Shown: positions 43,806 to 56,592, numbered from the stretch's first letter. The stretch: DNA of 64,000 bases from Eledone cirrhosa (GCA_964016885.1 OZ024753.1:29078001-29142000); one strand, 5' to 3'. Translations and numbers: made by a program. Notes: a model not told the origin generated them from the letters alone.

Positions 43806-44199
43806 CATATATTTTGATTATGTGAACGTCTTCATTTATTAATATATTGAATAAAAAAAAAAATATAATATATATATGTCTATATATATATGTCTACACG
43901 TGTAGACATATACATATATGTGTGTGTGGGAGGGGGGGGGGGGGGGGTATACATGTCTGATTCTAATTTGGTACACCGGCTTGTCTTGTCTTCTGAGAGT
44001 AAAGAGAACAGTGCTTGGCTGGCTTCTACAAACACAAGTACACACATACACATACACACTAACACATACACATTCCCTCAATGTCTCTCTCCCCTCTCTT
44101 TCTCTCTCTCGCTTATATACACCTTTACATACATACCTTATACCCTGTACCCAGCATACCCACCTCAGGAACCAGTTATACTCAGCTACCTTGGTTAAT

Positions 44200-44392
44200 A
44201 ATTGTTTCTGCTTTTTGGCAGAAGGCCAGCAATTATCCCAGTGTATTACTGGTACTTTATTTTATCGACCTCGTAAGGATGAAAGGCAAAGTTAACCTCG
44301 GCGGGATTTGAACTCAGAATGGCAAGGGCCGTAACTCTGTGCGTCAAAGCATGGCATCCGACCCTCTACCGATACTGCCAATCCACGGCCCT
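44200..44392 (-). mobile_element. Full Meta-core SINE
   Basis: Head, core and tail; ttggttaataat repeated on both sides. Confidence 0.88.
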
Positions 44393-45009
44393 GTTACTTT
44401 GGTTAATAATAATGATGGTAATGATTCTTTCAGTTGCGCTGTCTAATCTGCCGTACTGAAAAGCAATGCACACACACGTGTAAAGGCACACACACATATG
44501 GCAGAGTATGTATGCATATATGCATGTATGTATATATGTATTTACTTATGTATGTATGTATGTATCTATACATGTGTGTGTAGGTATGTATGCGTACGTA
44601 TGTATGTAGGCATGAATGTACATAAGTACGTATGTATATATGTATGTATATATGTTATGTATGTATGTTATGTGTGTATGTATGCATATATGTACGCACG
44701 TATCTATGCTTGTATGTATATATGTATGCATATACGAATATTTATTTATTGCTACCTCCCACGCTAGTCTCTGCACCAACTACGACTAGACAGTAATATA
44801 GGTGAAAGTAGATAAGAACGCTGAATAGTTAACTTATACACACATATGCAATAACTTGATGACTAATATTAAATTTTCCATTGCCAAACAGGGCAGATAA
44901 CTCTGTATGCGTTTGGCCCTTGCTGGAACACACCATACCGTAACTTGCTATTTGCGAGCGATCTAATACGATACTCAATCGTACACTGGTTGGTGTTCGA
45001 TATGAGATA

Positions 45010-45370
45010 TCATCATCATCCGGCGGCCTCAGCCGAAATGGAGTCAACAATTGATCTCCACGTGGGTCTGTCGTTCATTGCCGTTGCCAAGTCCTGGATT
45101 TCAATACCAGAATCTCTGGAGATGACATCGGAGTAGGAGAGCTTGTGACCCCTGTTATTAGTGACTGCTTGTGGTTTCCAAAGCACTAATGGGGACACAG
45201 CCTCATAGGTTGCACGATGGCAGTGACCAGTAAATCTTACTCTCCTTTTACGTACAACGACAGATATGCGTGGGAGCCAGCATAAATCTCTCTCAAAGGC
45301 AGATGTCACCAGCTTATGTTCTGAATGTGTTGAAGCAGGCGAGTGTAAGTGCCATCAAGTGCTTTTGTTG
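45010..45370 (-). mobile_element. RTE-like LINE 3' fragment
   Basis: LPRIS..VRKRRVRFTGHCHR..LVLWKP..YSDVISRDSG..AMNDRPTWR, ending in a (GAT)n tail. Confidence 0.8.
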
Positions 45371-45580
45371 TTTGGTTAGATTTCTTCTGTATGATTGTTA
45401 AACACTAATGTGAGTGAAATAAGTTTAAAGAGGTAAAACTAAATATATCTTACGAGGAATTGATTGATAAGATCCCAGACTTCACTCGCTTACCGAGTGG
45501 GTTGGAACTCTTCAAAGCGGCCCAAGGAAACAATATTTTCATTGATCTTAACCTTGTGAGAGACACAAAATAAAATCCTA

Positions 45581-45623
45581 GTCACTGCTGAGGTCACAAA
45601 ATGTGTGACGAAAGAGCTTTGAC
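45581..45623 (+). ncRNA. Degenerate minimal hammerhead fold (A6C)
   Basis: gtca-CTGCTGA-g gtcac aaaatgt gtgac-GAAA-gagc-TT-tgac. Confidence 0.6.
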
Positions 45624-45918
45624 AATATGTAAGCAGCCATCCGGTTATCGAAGCAACCAACCAACCGGACATTTATAATAAATTGAAGTGAAAAAGTGAA
45701 AACCAACAGGTGCGTGTGTTTTTATTGGCACCATGACCCTCCCAAAGTCTATGAATATATATAGAGGATAACAAGATATCGTTTAAGGTAATCCAGCTAG
45801 AGGTTATGAGTACTCTGTATCGAGGATAGTTTTAGACACACCAGACTAATGAAACAACTGTTAATACTTTAAATAAACCCTATTGTACAGCCGACCATGT
45901 TGTTCTTCATTCTTTTAC

Positions 45919-46020
<102 letters not shown>

Positions 46021-46623
46021 TGTGTGTGTGTGTCTGTGTTTTATTTTGCTTTTCATTAACTTTAATCCCAATCTGTGGCACAACTCATCACTGTCACTTA
46101 ATCTCTGCACATTTTGTGTAATCAGCGTTTCTGGCGCCGCCATAATAAAGCAACCACGCCACCTGTCTAGGATGCTCTGCAAACATTATCATGACCACTG
46201 CCGTTCTTCTTCTGACAACCGTACCAAAAAAATATACATACGCATATGTGTGTGTGTGTTCGGTTGTATATTTGTGGCAGTGAGCTTATGTTTGTGTGTG
46301 GTCCTATGTTTTAAAGTTGTGTTTTTCCTACGCTTCTACAAACTAATCTTTTACTTGACAGTATGAAAATTGGCCAAATCAATAAAGAAAGAAAGTGTAA
46401 AAGGATGAAATATAATGAAATACAATACTGGAATATCAAACAAGATTCAACTGGATTCTCGTATGACAAAGTAAATAAATGAATAAATAAATGAATAAAT
46501 TCCCATCTCTATACATTACTATCATCATCATCATCATCGGCATATTTACAGTAACCAATTCTATCGCTACAACAAATACCACCAGTACACACACACACAT
46601 ATATATATATGCATATATCTACA

Positions 46624-46663
<40 letters not shown>

Positions 46664-46677
46664 AAAATAAATATATA

Positions 46678-46859
46678 TAACAAAGAGGTTGTGGTAAGAT
46701 ACCAGGTGGACCACAACACACCAGAGTACTCAATACGAAGGGTAGTAGAGTAGGTAATAGAAATAGAGTCAGGACACCGACGGCTGAGCTCCAGCCGTTT
46801 CGACAGCTAGATCCGAACTGTCGAAACGGCCGGAGCTCAGCCGTCGGGGTCCTGACTCT
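46678..46859 (-). mobile_element. pLTR-like fragment with a 95-bp hairpin made of two inverted hammerhead 3' halves
   Basis: Hairpin at 46765-46859. Arms read gtc-GAAA-cggctg gagct cagccg-TC-ggggtcc (consensus); the CTGATGA half is absent. Confidence 0.7.
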
Positions 46860-46880
46860 TTCTCTCTCTCTCTCTCTCTC

Positions 46881-46959
<79 letters not shown>

Positions 46960-47306
46960 AAGTTTGTCCTTCATCAGTGGCCTTCCAACCGTCGTATGCA
47001 TTTCGTCGCTTTAAAGGCCATATACCTCAGGTTGGTGCGAGCAACGGCTAAAAAAAGTCGTTGGGACACGTAAATAAAGGGGACGCTAGGGTAAACAAAC
47101 AAAATGGTTTAAGCAACGGAAAGTGATGAAGAAGAAAGAAACAAGTCCCAGATTTCTATGAATATAAATTCGGTGGAATCGTGAACGAGAGAATAAAGAC
47201 CATCAAGCCTGGTTGAAATGTGAGCAAGGAAGGAATTTCGCACAGGTCTAACGGGAGGAAGAAGGGGTCTGGTCTGCGAATTCGGTAAACATAAGTTCTG
47301 TGAAGT

Positions 47307-47365
<59 letters not shown>

Positions 47366-48599
47366 TATTAAAATCAGAGCTGGCCTGACTCTAAACATCG
47401 ACATTAATAACACTACTATGCGATCATTCTTTTGCTAGGAAATAGCAACTAAAATCCCTCTGAAATCCCTCATTATTATTATCGTTTTAAAATCATTGGT
47501 TACAATTGACTGTGAAAGAAGGTGGTTAAGGCTAGAAGGCCTTTGATTATCTGTCTGACCTGGAGCTAAACAACGACACTAATCCTAGCTTGGTCACAAC
47601 ACAAATACTACACACTACCACGATAGGTATCTGCACCAATAACAGATATTTTTCCAACCAGGGTGGATGTTTCTAGCGATAGTCACCAAATCTCCCTCAA
47701 ATCACACCCTTACTATCTTTTAGAAAAACTGTTTTAAAAACCAGATGGTCACGCCTGGAAAGTCTTTGTACCCCCCCCCCCTATAAATAGCCCCATCCAT
47801 CATCCACTACCAGCTTCACAATTAATTCCACCTCAACGCTATTCTCGCAAGACTCTCGCCGTTATTGCCTACTAATACCACAACAGCCTCATAGTACCAT
47901 CTAAAATATCCAATATCAGTAAACTCGTTATCAACATCACTAACACACCACCACAACCACCACCGTTAACACCACCACCACCACTGCCATTCTCCACCAT
48001 CATGACTGCTCCAGCACTGCCACCAGCTTTCCTCCCTATTAACTGCCTGAAGTTATGACGACAAACAAATATACGAAGCAAGACTTGCCTGCCTTTTAAA
48101 GATGTATGTGAAGGGTTGTTTGGTTTAGCTATCACATACTCATGACCTTGAACGAACATTCACCGTTCTGGTCCAGTCATATAGCTGTGACGAGAATTTC
48201 CAGCCGCTGTGTTGATTGCGCTTGACTACTTAAAACTAGAAGAGAGAGAGATGGGGGAGAGAGATGGTGTATGGTAGAAAGAGAGTTTATAAGGAAGGAG
48301 ACAAGAAAAAGCAATAAAACAGAAATCTCTGGTAAAATGTTCTCTGGTGAAGAAGTCTGCCCAAAGCGTTAAAATATTCCCTTTTCATACCAACATAAAC
48401 AATCTCAATTTTTGCTTTTGATACGTTGACTCTCGTCAGCCCTAAATCGTTTATTTCATGTCTTCTCGAATTCCAATGATTATTCACGATATGAATACAT
48501 ATTTACTCATGCTCTAAAATCATTTGGGAAGGTTAATCTCAATGGAAAACATACAAGTTGGAAAGACGAAGGATAAACAACTCTTCAACCATACACAGT

Positions 48600-48805
48600 C
48601 GATCGACTTTCACCAACTCGACCGAGGAAACAATGTTTCCGTTGGTCTTTCCAATTGCTAATACTATCTATCGATCGCAGCTCCAAGTCGAAGGAGCAAC
48701 GTGAAATAAAGTGTCTTGCTCGGGGACATAACGCATCGCCTGGTCCATGAATCGAACTCACAACTTCACGATTGCGAATCCAATTCTCTAACCACTCGGC
48801 CACTT
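48600..48805 (-). mobile_element. tRNA-derived SINE (related copy ~63290-63470)
   Basis: Minus strand gtggccgagtggttagag..gagttcgattc; body shared with the 63290-63470 copy. Confidence 0.78.
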
Positions 48806-49199
48806 TGCGTCATATTCGGGTCGGCGCAGTCATAAGCAATCATGATCCATCAGTCTTATTTGCTTAGAGTACATGCATGTTTTTAATATAGTAGAGTGAG
48901 ATTTCAGAGCGATTTGGTTGCTATTTTTAGCAGATCAAGGGATCACATAACAAGTACTTGACTTGCGGTGAACGTCGTAAAGTCAGATATTAATTTGTAA
49001 CAAGTGGTGACAGTGATAAGATTTCAGTACTCTTCTAACAACACACGTGCTAATGAATGTCTTGAAGAGTGGCATGAACGTCACAACTTCCAGTTTTCTT
49101 TGAACATTGACATTTGACTCCTTCCGAGTGAAAATAAAAATAAAAATCACATTTTTCTCTTCTGTAATTCTTTTTATATTTTATAACTTTCCTTCATTT

Positions 49200-49585
49200 T
49201 AGTGCACCACCGCCACCCCTAATACCATCACCACCGCCACTTTCCTCCCACCTCCACTATCATCATCCTCATCATCATCACCACTACCACCATCATTATC
49301 CTCCTCCTCGTCACGATCATCATCATCATTATCATCACAACCATCACCATCACCATCACCACCACCACCATCATTATCCTCCTCCTCGTCACGATCATCA
49401 TCATCATTATCATCACAACCATCACCATCACCATCACCACCACCACCATCATTATCCTCCTCCTCGTCACGATCATCATCATCATTATCATCACAACCAT
49501 CACCATCACCATCACCACCACCACCATCATTATCCTCCTCCTCGTCACGATCATCACCACCATCACCACCACCATCACCAACCAT
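49200..49585. repeat. CAT/CAC/CCT trinucleotide tract with a higher-order 78-bp unit (~3.5 copies)
   Basis: The 26-residue unit DDRDEEEDNDGGGGDGDGDGCDDNDD repeats in the ORF track. Confidence 0.9.
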
Positions 49586-50164
49586 ATTACTACAACTCAT
49601 TATACCGTTCATCAACGTTATACCTTTCAAAGTTTTCTTTCCTCAGCTTCATTATCTTTCATCACTTTCATCACTTTCATCACTTTCTAAACAATCATCT
49701 CCATCATCGTCAAATTTCAGCCATTTTTTTTCCTTCTATTCACATCTACAGTTTCTATCTTTTTATTCTTTTTTTTGTACCTGTTGTTTTTGTTGTATTT
49801 GTTGTTGTTGTATTTGTTGTTGTTGTACTTGTTTTGTTGTTGTTGTACTTGTTGTTTTGTTGTATTTTTTTGTTGTTCTTAACCCATTTTGCAGCTGTTG
49901 TCTCTCTCTCTTGTAGCAACAGCGGCAGTAGTAGTAGTAGTAGTAGTGGTGGTGGTGGAGTAGGAGAAGAATTCATTGCCCCGAAAGACGGCGAGGGAGG
50001 AGACGCGCTGAAACAGCTACTACTCCGCCTCTCGGGGCTCGCACCTGCGGGCGGCCAACTCCGATAGCAGTGAGTAGGGATGTAGTCCGGGTGGGGGACC
50101 AAGAATGCCAGAATACTCCACGGATACAGGCTCTACAGCTTTTATAGTATTATAACTGGGTCCT

Positions 50165-50277
50165 GAAGCATCTGCTAAACTGCCCAAATGTGGATGTTAT
50201 ATAACTCGACGTTACAAAAGTCTTCAACAAAGTCAATCATGGAACGCTATGTCATAAACTATGTGGTATCGGCATAT
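50165..50277 (+). pseudogene. CR1-group LINE reverse-transcriptase fragment
   Basis: NVDVI*LDVTKVFNKVNHGTLCHKLCGIGI resembles the VDVIYLDFxKAFDKVxH..L..KL...GI motif. Confidence 0.7.
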
Positions 50278-50829
50278 ATAGTTTTTTTTTATTCGGAAAA
50301 GAAACTAAGACCTAGTTTCATCTAAAATGTTATCTGTCGACAAGAAATGCTTCAGTAGAGAAGTAGATAAGACTGAATATATCGTCGTTTTGTCTACTCT
50401 AGTTATATAAGTCGTCGTCGATGGCGGATACTTTTTATCAGATTCTGATCAGAGACGTGATGTGTAATAAATACACGACTGAAATTTGAAGCTAACACAT
50501 TCGGGGGATTTAAAACAAAAACAACACTTACAAAACCAAAATGTAATAACCTTAAGAAGAAGAAAAAGAAGAAGAAGAAGAAGAAGAAGAAGAAGAAGAA
50601 GAAGAATATAACGGTGGTGATGTAATGTTTCATACAATGAGGGAAACGTTATTGTTATTTGTAGTAAATACAAAGCATTTCCTTGTTGAGGTTTTTTTTC
50701 TCTGGCAATGTTAATTCTTCTAAGAACAGCTGTAATAATCTGTTGCTGCCTTGACACAGTAGAATATGTGTCAGTTGGAAATAGAGAGGAGAGTGAACAA
50801 AAAATGTCACTGCCAATTAATGACTTTGA

Positions 50830-50922
50830 ACATACACACACACACACACACACACACAGACACACATAGACAGACACACAGACACACACACAGACACACA
50901 CACACACACACACAGACACACA

Positions 50923-50958
<36 letters not shown>

Positions 50959-51330
50959 GACACAGACACACATATACACACACACAGACACACATACAGA
51001 CACACACAGACAGACACAGACACACATAGACACACATAGACACACACACAGACACACACACAGACACACAGACAGACACACACGCACGCACACACACACA
51101 CATACAGACAGACACACACACACACATACAGACACACAGACAGACACACACGCACACACACAGACACACAGACACACACACATACAGACATACACACAGA
51201 CACAGACAGACAGAATAAGTCACATCATTTATTTATACACACAAATACTCACTGTCTCTCTTTCTTTCTCTCTCTCTCCTCACATACACACACACGCACA
51301 CTCACTCACACATACACACACACATACACT
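50830..51330. repeat. (CA)n/(CAGA)n microsatellite
   Basis: Directly visible. Confidence 0.95.
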
Positions 51331-51651
51331 AAAAGCAGATCCCTTAAAAGGAACAGTGCAAAAGAAACACACTCTAAGCCTTCAACTTTCAAAGCGGCTA
51401 ACCGGTATCTGAGAGACACAGGGTTGGATTACTCGTAGCAAGCAATGGCAACTTCATTTCCCCATCTTTACCTGACATCACCCTATTTTATAAGCTATGT
51501 TACACCATCTCTACACTTTAACACACCACACTTTATAATAAATCTATAGCTAAAGGATGACAAATGTATGCGTTATGTGATAGGGAGAAAAATAAACATG
51601 GCCTTCTTCTCTGGCTACAGAAGGCTAACTAATAGAATGACCTCTATAGAT

Positions 51652-51839
51652 AATTGTTTCTACTTTAGGCACAATGCCAGTAATTACCCAGTGCATTACT
51701 GGTACTTTATTTTATCGACCCCGTAAGGATGAAAGGCAAAGTCAACCTCGGCAGGATTTGAACTCAGATCGTAAAAGGACGTAACTATGCTGGAAAGCAT
51801 GGCGTCTGACCCTCTACTGATACTGCCAATCCACCGCCC
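51652..51839 (-). mobile_element. Full Meta-core SINE with TSD
   Basis: cctctatagataat flanks both sides. Confidence 0.9.
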
Positions 51840-52174
51840 TCTATAGATAATGAACACAACCACAAGGATATGGTCCGAACGTAGAAGAGCCGAACTCCCA
51901 CTGTCATCGCCTCCATCTCTCTATACAATCCATAGAAGCTGTCTGTTTCACTTTATTGTTTATATCTCTCTGTCATTCAATGTTTACAATTCAGAAGGTA
52001 AAATGTTATAAATTGTTTCAGTATCATATTTGTTTAAAGGTCTATCGAAAATTAATAATTTCAAATGATCATATTAATTGTGTATGGAGGACAAAATATT
52101 ATACAAATATAAATATTACAAAAAGGAAGCAATTATCTTTCTCTGACTCTGTGTGTGTGTGTATGTGTGGGTGT

Positions 52175-52231
<57 letters not shown>

Positions 52232-52441
52232 CACGAATGACATATATATATATATAACCTCTTCACCTACCATTATCTATTTTCGTATTTGAAAACGAAT
52301 TACTATATATATATATATGTGTGTGTGTGTGTATGTGTGTGTGTGTGTGTGTGTTTCTACTAGTACGCTTGTGACTTTCAAAATATATATATATTTATCT
52401 CTTTTATATTCATAAAATACACACACACACACACACACACA

Positions 52442-52531
<90 letters not shown>

Positions 52532-52572
52532 TATATACATATATATACATATACATACATACATATATATAT

Positions 52573-52633
<61 letters not shown>

Positions 52634-53223
52634 GCATATACATATGTATCTATGTATATATATATTTATGTCCGTATGTATTTATGTATGAGTGCCTGTG
52701 TGTATTTCACGAACATAACATAAAAGACAAAATTGGAAGACAATAGGAAATATGAAAACTAGAAGGCAAAGTTCAGTAAAACATATATGAATAAGGGGGA
52801 AAAAAACATCTATTTTTATAGAATCACCTGATGTCAACCTTAACACAATCATTCTTCGAATTGGTTGCTGTTGTAATCATTTTATTTAACAATAGAATGT
52901 TCATTATAATAGTTGTTACCAGACTTCGTTTAGGTTAGGCTAAATACCAAAAGAATAGGAAAATGTCGCTTTTTAATACTTTGTTCTTTCGGTATTTGAA
53001 ACATTTATTCAGACATTGTGATATTTAGATGGAGCGGACAATATTGGACTTTAGCTTCATAACATCAATGGAAAGAGATACACCAACGCCTCTAAGCAAA
53101 AAGGAAATGTAGAAGGAAATATATATACATGATATGAAATATATATATGTGTGATATATATACGTGATATATATATATACGTAATATGAAATATATATAT
53201 GTGATATATATTTATTAAAATAA

Positions 53224-53297
53224 CAGATTAAAGTTTAAGCAAAGAATCGCTGCTTTCACCCTTAACGGGATCTTCTGAAACTAACAAAGTCAATCTG
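53224..53297 (-). ncRNA. Type I hammerhead fold in the 3' pLTR, variant core CAGAAGA
   Basis: cagatt..agttt-CAGAAGA-t ccc gttaa ggg t-GAAA-gca gcgattctt tgc-TT-aaact tt aatctg. Confidence 0.75.
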
Positions 53298-53373
53298 TAA
53301 ACGCAGAACTGGATATTTTAAAAAACGTTGCAACCGGAGGAAGACAGGAAGACGATACTTTGGTTTGTGGTAA

Positions 53374-53634
53374 CGTTCGCTGGCAAAGAACGGGAAAAAA
53401 CGAATAATACGTCATTAATAGGAGCGGTGAAAAACAATTACGCGCAAAGACAGAACCACGTTTATGGTATAAAAGAGGTCGTAGACTAATGTTCTCTTAG
53501 GTGGTGCATAGAGACGTTCTCTGGCAATGAACGAAAAAACGAAGATAATAAGTCATATGTGGAGCGTGGAGAACAATAGCACGCAAAGACAAAACCACGT
53601 AAATGGTATAGCAGAAGTTGTAGACTAAAATTCT
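53374..53634. repeat. Diverged ~120-bp direct duplication in the 3' UTR of the Penelope-like element
   Basis: 53374-53494 versus 53515-53634 (cgttc.ctggcaa..acgcaaagaca.aaccacgt..atggtata..gtagactaa..ttct). Confidence 0.8.
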
Positions 53635-54208
53635 AACTAGGAGACCAAATGAATCTCCGCTACAGAGTTAAGAACAAAGTAAATAAATACAGTACAGAAG
53701 TAATAGAAACAAATAAATACATACACGCAAACAGATACGTACATACACAAGCATACGCAAAACCTTACCATAGGTATACAAAACCACGCACATATAAATA
53801 TGTGTGTGTGTATGCTTGTGTACAAATAAATAAATAATTATATAAACGTATATAAGTAAATAAATACGTATATAACAAGCTCACACACATACCTACAAAT
53901 AAATACACGAGTGTTCGGAGACGTAAGTCAACTAAAACAAGAAGTACACATATACACACACCCACCATACGTACGAACCTGCATACTCACGCAGACGCAA
54001 AACTCCCGTATACACATAGCCAAACCCTAAATACCAGAATATGTAAAAATTATACGCCATAACAATCAAATATACGTACGAGAAGGTATACATGCCTTCA
54101 CAAAACATACGGGTAATATATACTTACCTATGCAAATAAGTAAAGGAATAAACAAAACATATACTTAGCTCCCACATCAAGACGTAAAATATCCACGTAT
54201 AGATCGTG

Positions 54209-56285
54209 CTATCCGTTAGGGTATAACGTGGGGCTGTAATACAGGAAAGTTTTGTGCAATTTATGTTTACAAGCCGAAATTGCCTCAGATTTTTTGTTTA
54301 AGATGTGGTCTGTGGCGTAGAGTATTTCCAGGGCCTCAGCGGCGCAGATGTCACATGGTCTTTTATTTCCGTTATACGATCTAGCCCTAGCTAGGATCTC
54401 CCAGTGTAACTTATATTGGGTGTGGTTGTCTTTTAGACTCCAGATATAAGCTGAAAGTGACGTCATATACCTTCTTAGAGGGTAACGAAAAGAATGGGTA
54501 TGCATGTAAAGACGCTGCTTGAAACTATTGGCGGTTAACCCTATGTAGGCCCTACGGGACGGATAGGGGGCAATCAGCCCGATTCCTACAATTACAGTTA
54601 GTACTAACTACAGGGTTGCACATGTTCCTCCGGCTAGGTAGTTTAGCTAAATTTGAAGCTGTGATGTTATGTGCAAGGTTAGGAGTCGTAGAGTAAGAAA
54701 TTTGAATAGTATTTCTATAAAAAAATTTACTATATTTATGTGTAGGGGGGAAAATGCTTCGTAATAAGGGAAAGAAAGATCTTAGCTAATGGTGTGGCCA
54801 CCTCCATATTATATGGTGGGTTAAACCAACAAATGCGACGGGATCTATTTCTTCTAGGTCTATTTTTGTACTCTGTATATGCTACCTTATCGACAAATCC
54901 ACTTCGAGCAAGAGCTTCATTGTAATAAGTGGAATGGTCGTTGAAAATGCGCTCGTTGGTGGAAAGACGGGAAAGCCTCAACGAAACGTTTTTTACCAGG
55001 TTCTTGGTTATGCTGGCAGGGTGGTTGGAATGCTTACTTATGTAATTAAGCGTATCATTCGGCTTTCTATACGGGTAATACAACCCATTCAATAAATTGA
55101 GGGTAACGTCGAGGTAATTAACGACCGAGAGATTGGCCTCAACCTGTATAGAGAGGTTGAAGCCTTTAAAGAAGGCTGTGAGTTCTTTTCTGAACCTGTC
55201 GCAAGCACGAGGTCCGCACTTAGTCATGGTCAAAAGACCATCGTCACGGTACAAACCACCGCCCGCGTTGGGGAATTCGTCCTTGATAGAGAAAAGAAGG
55301 AAAAGGCCAATAAGATCAGTAACCTCCGCAGAGTCACTGGCGCCCATACTCACGTCGAATGGGGTACTATTGGATTTTTTAATCCAAATAGAGTCGTCGA
55401 AATTAATCACCGACTTTCGGGCATTAAGGATGACATCAACTTCGAAATCCTTAACCACTGTGAGTGTTTTAGCGAAATTGATAGCTCTAAGGAGAAGTGG
55501 TAAAGTGATGGAGGAGTAGTAATTGTTGATGTCGAATTGGATAAAACGGCAATGTTCCTTGTTACATATGCCGTTGAACCAATCAATCACCGCGAAAGAA
55601 TTGTTCCACAGTGCGAGAGGGGCCAAACTTCTAATTTCAGGTATAATTCTATCAAGAATCGTTTTACTAAGTCTACCTAAATCGGACTTCGTAGGGTTGA
55701 TAAGCCGAATAGAGGGGTTGTTCGGAAAATTGGATTTGTGATCCTTCAGGGTAAAGTGGGGAGAGATAGGGTCCAGAGGTTCGGTCCGGTCCAGGATGTT
55801 GAGATCAGATGTGATTTTAAACCCAGCATCGTTGATTTCATTGATGACACACCGATTAGTTTTACGGTAATCCTTAGTTACAGCATTATGTAGTAGTTGA
55901 TGGTAAGTACTGCGCTCCACTTGATATAGGTTGCCAATTTTGTCGGAATGGACGTGCACGGCGTTAGAATCCTTAATAGAACGAATTCTATTCATCAGGT
56001 CTTGCTGGAAGGAATTGTTCCTCTCCGAAATTTGATACTCCGAATGAGTTCCAAGACATCATTTTCGAAGGGTAGCAAAGCTGGGTTCCACGGAGGGTTA
56101 TTATAGGTTTTAAATCCAAATTTACCCTGTTTGTTGTCTGCTTTTCGCGGATTATCGAAATAAAAGGCACGCCAACGCAACCTTTTAATGAACGCGTCTG
56201 TTTTCTGTATCAGGAGTTTTAGGTATGTTTTCCTGCTTGGTACTGGTATGTTCTTTGTAGAAATATTCAGATGTTGTTTCTGCAT
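54209..56285 (-). pseudogene. Disrupted Penelope-like RT/GIY-YIG endonuclease ORF
   Basis: STKNIPVPS..LRWRAFYF start; RT motifs FIQFDINNYY, FDVSMGASDSAEV, GLYRDDGL, NYLDV; WFNPPY; CNCRNRADCPL; AYIGLT..FKQR; CDIC..E..LNKKSE..CKH. Frameshifts near 56020 and 54748, and an apparent deletion near 54560. Confidence 0.92.
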
Positions 56286-56430
56286 GATGAATATAAGTCA
56301 GTAGAGTGCTCAACCGAAGGAGCCAAATAGTAACAATAATACAATTGAAGGCTAAAATCCAAAGAGGGCTCGATAAGGAAAATATATATCAAATATATAA
56401 GAACCGTAGAGCAAATATTTATTAAAATAA

Positions 56431-56504
56431 CAGATTAAAGTTTAAGCAAAGAATCGCTGCTTTCACCCTTAACGGGATCTTCTGAAACTAACAAAGTCAA
56501 TCTG
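56431..56504 (-). ncRNA. Type I hammerhead fold in the 5' pLTR, variant core CAGAAGA
   Basis: Identical to 53224-53297. Confidence 0.75.
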
Positions 56505-56541
56505 TAAACGCAGAACTGGATGTGATACGAAATATATATAT

Positions 56542-56587
<46 letters not shown>

Positions 56588-56592
<5 letters not shown>

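Larger units (their letters stand above)
43552..43854. mobile_element. Inverted pLTR-like pair, ~125-bp arms, each containing a hammerhead
   Basis: 43552-43675 is the near-perfect reverse complement of 43731-43854. Confidence 0.9.
53208..56521 (-). mobile_element. Near full-length Penelope-like element, Naiad-type, with direct terminal repeats 53208-53314 and 56415-56521
   Basis: RT plus GIY-YIG coding region between two identical 107-bp hammerhead-containing repeats. Confidence 0.93.

Noticed and set aside
46960-46982. CTGATGA-aggac on the minus strand
   Set aside because: Runs into (TA)n with no stem II closure or GAAA. At most a truncated fragment.
49199-49630. Acidic Asp/Gly-rich protein
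   Set aside because: Trinucleotide-derived tandem repeat with no non-repetitive coding context or clear splice support.
49960-50100. GC-rich patch as a possible exon
   Set aside because: No recognisable motif. It is adjacent to a CR1 fragment and more likely repeat-derived.
54209-56285. Selenocysteine recoding, as reported for some Naiad elements
   Set aside because: The Cys positions I could read use TGT/TGC. The TGA at ~55995 is out of frame after a frameshift. No convincing SECIS seen in the 3' UTR.
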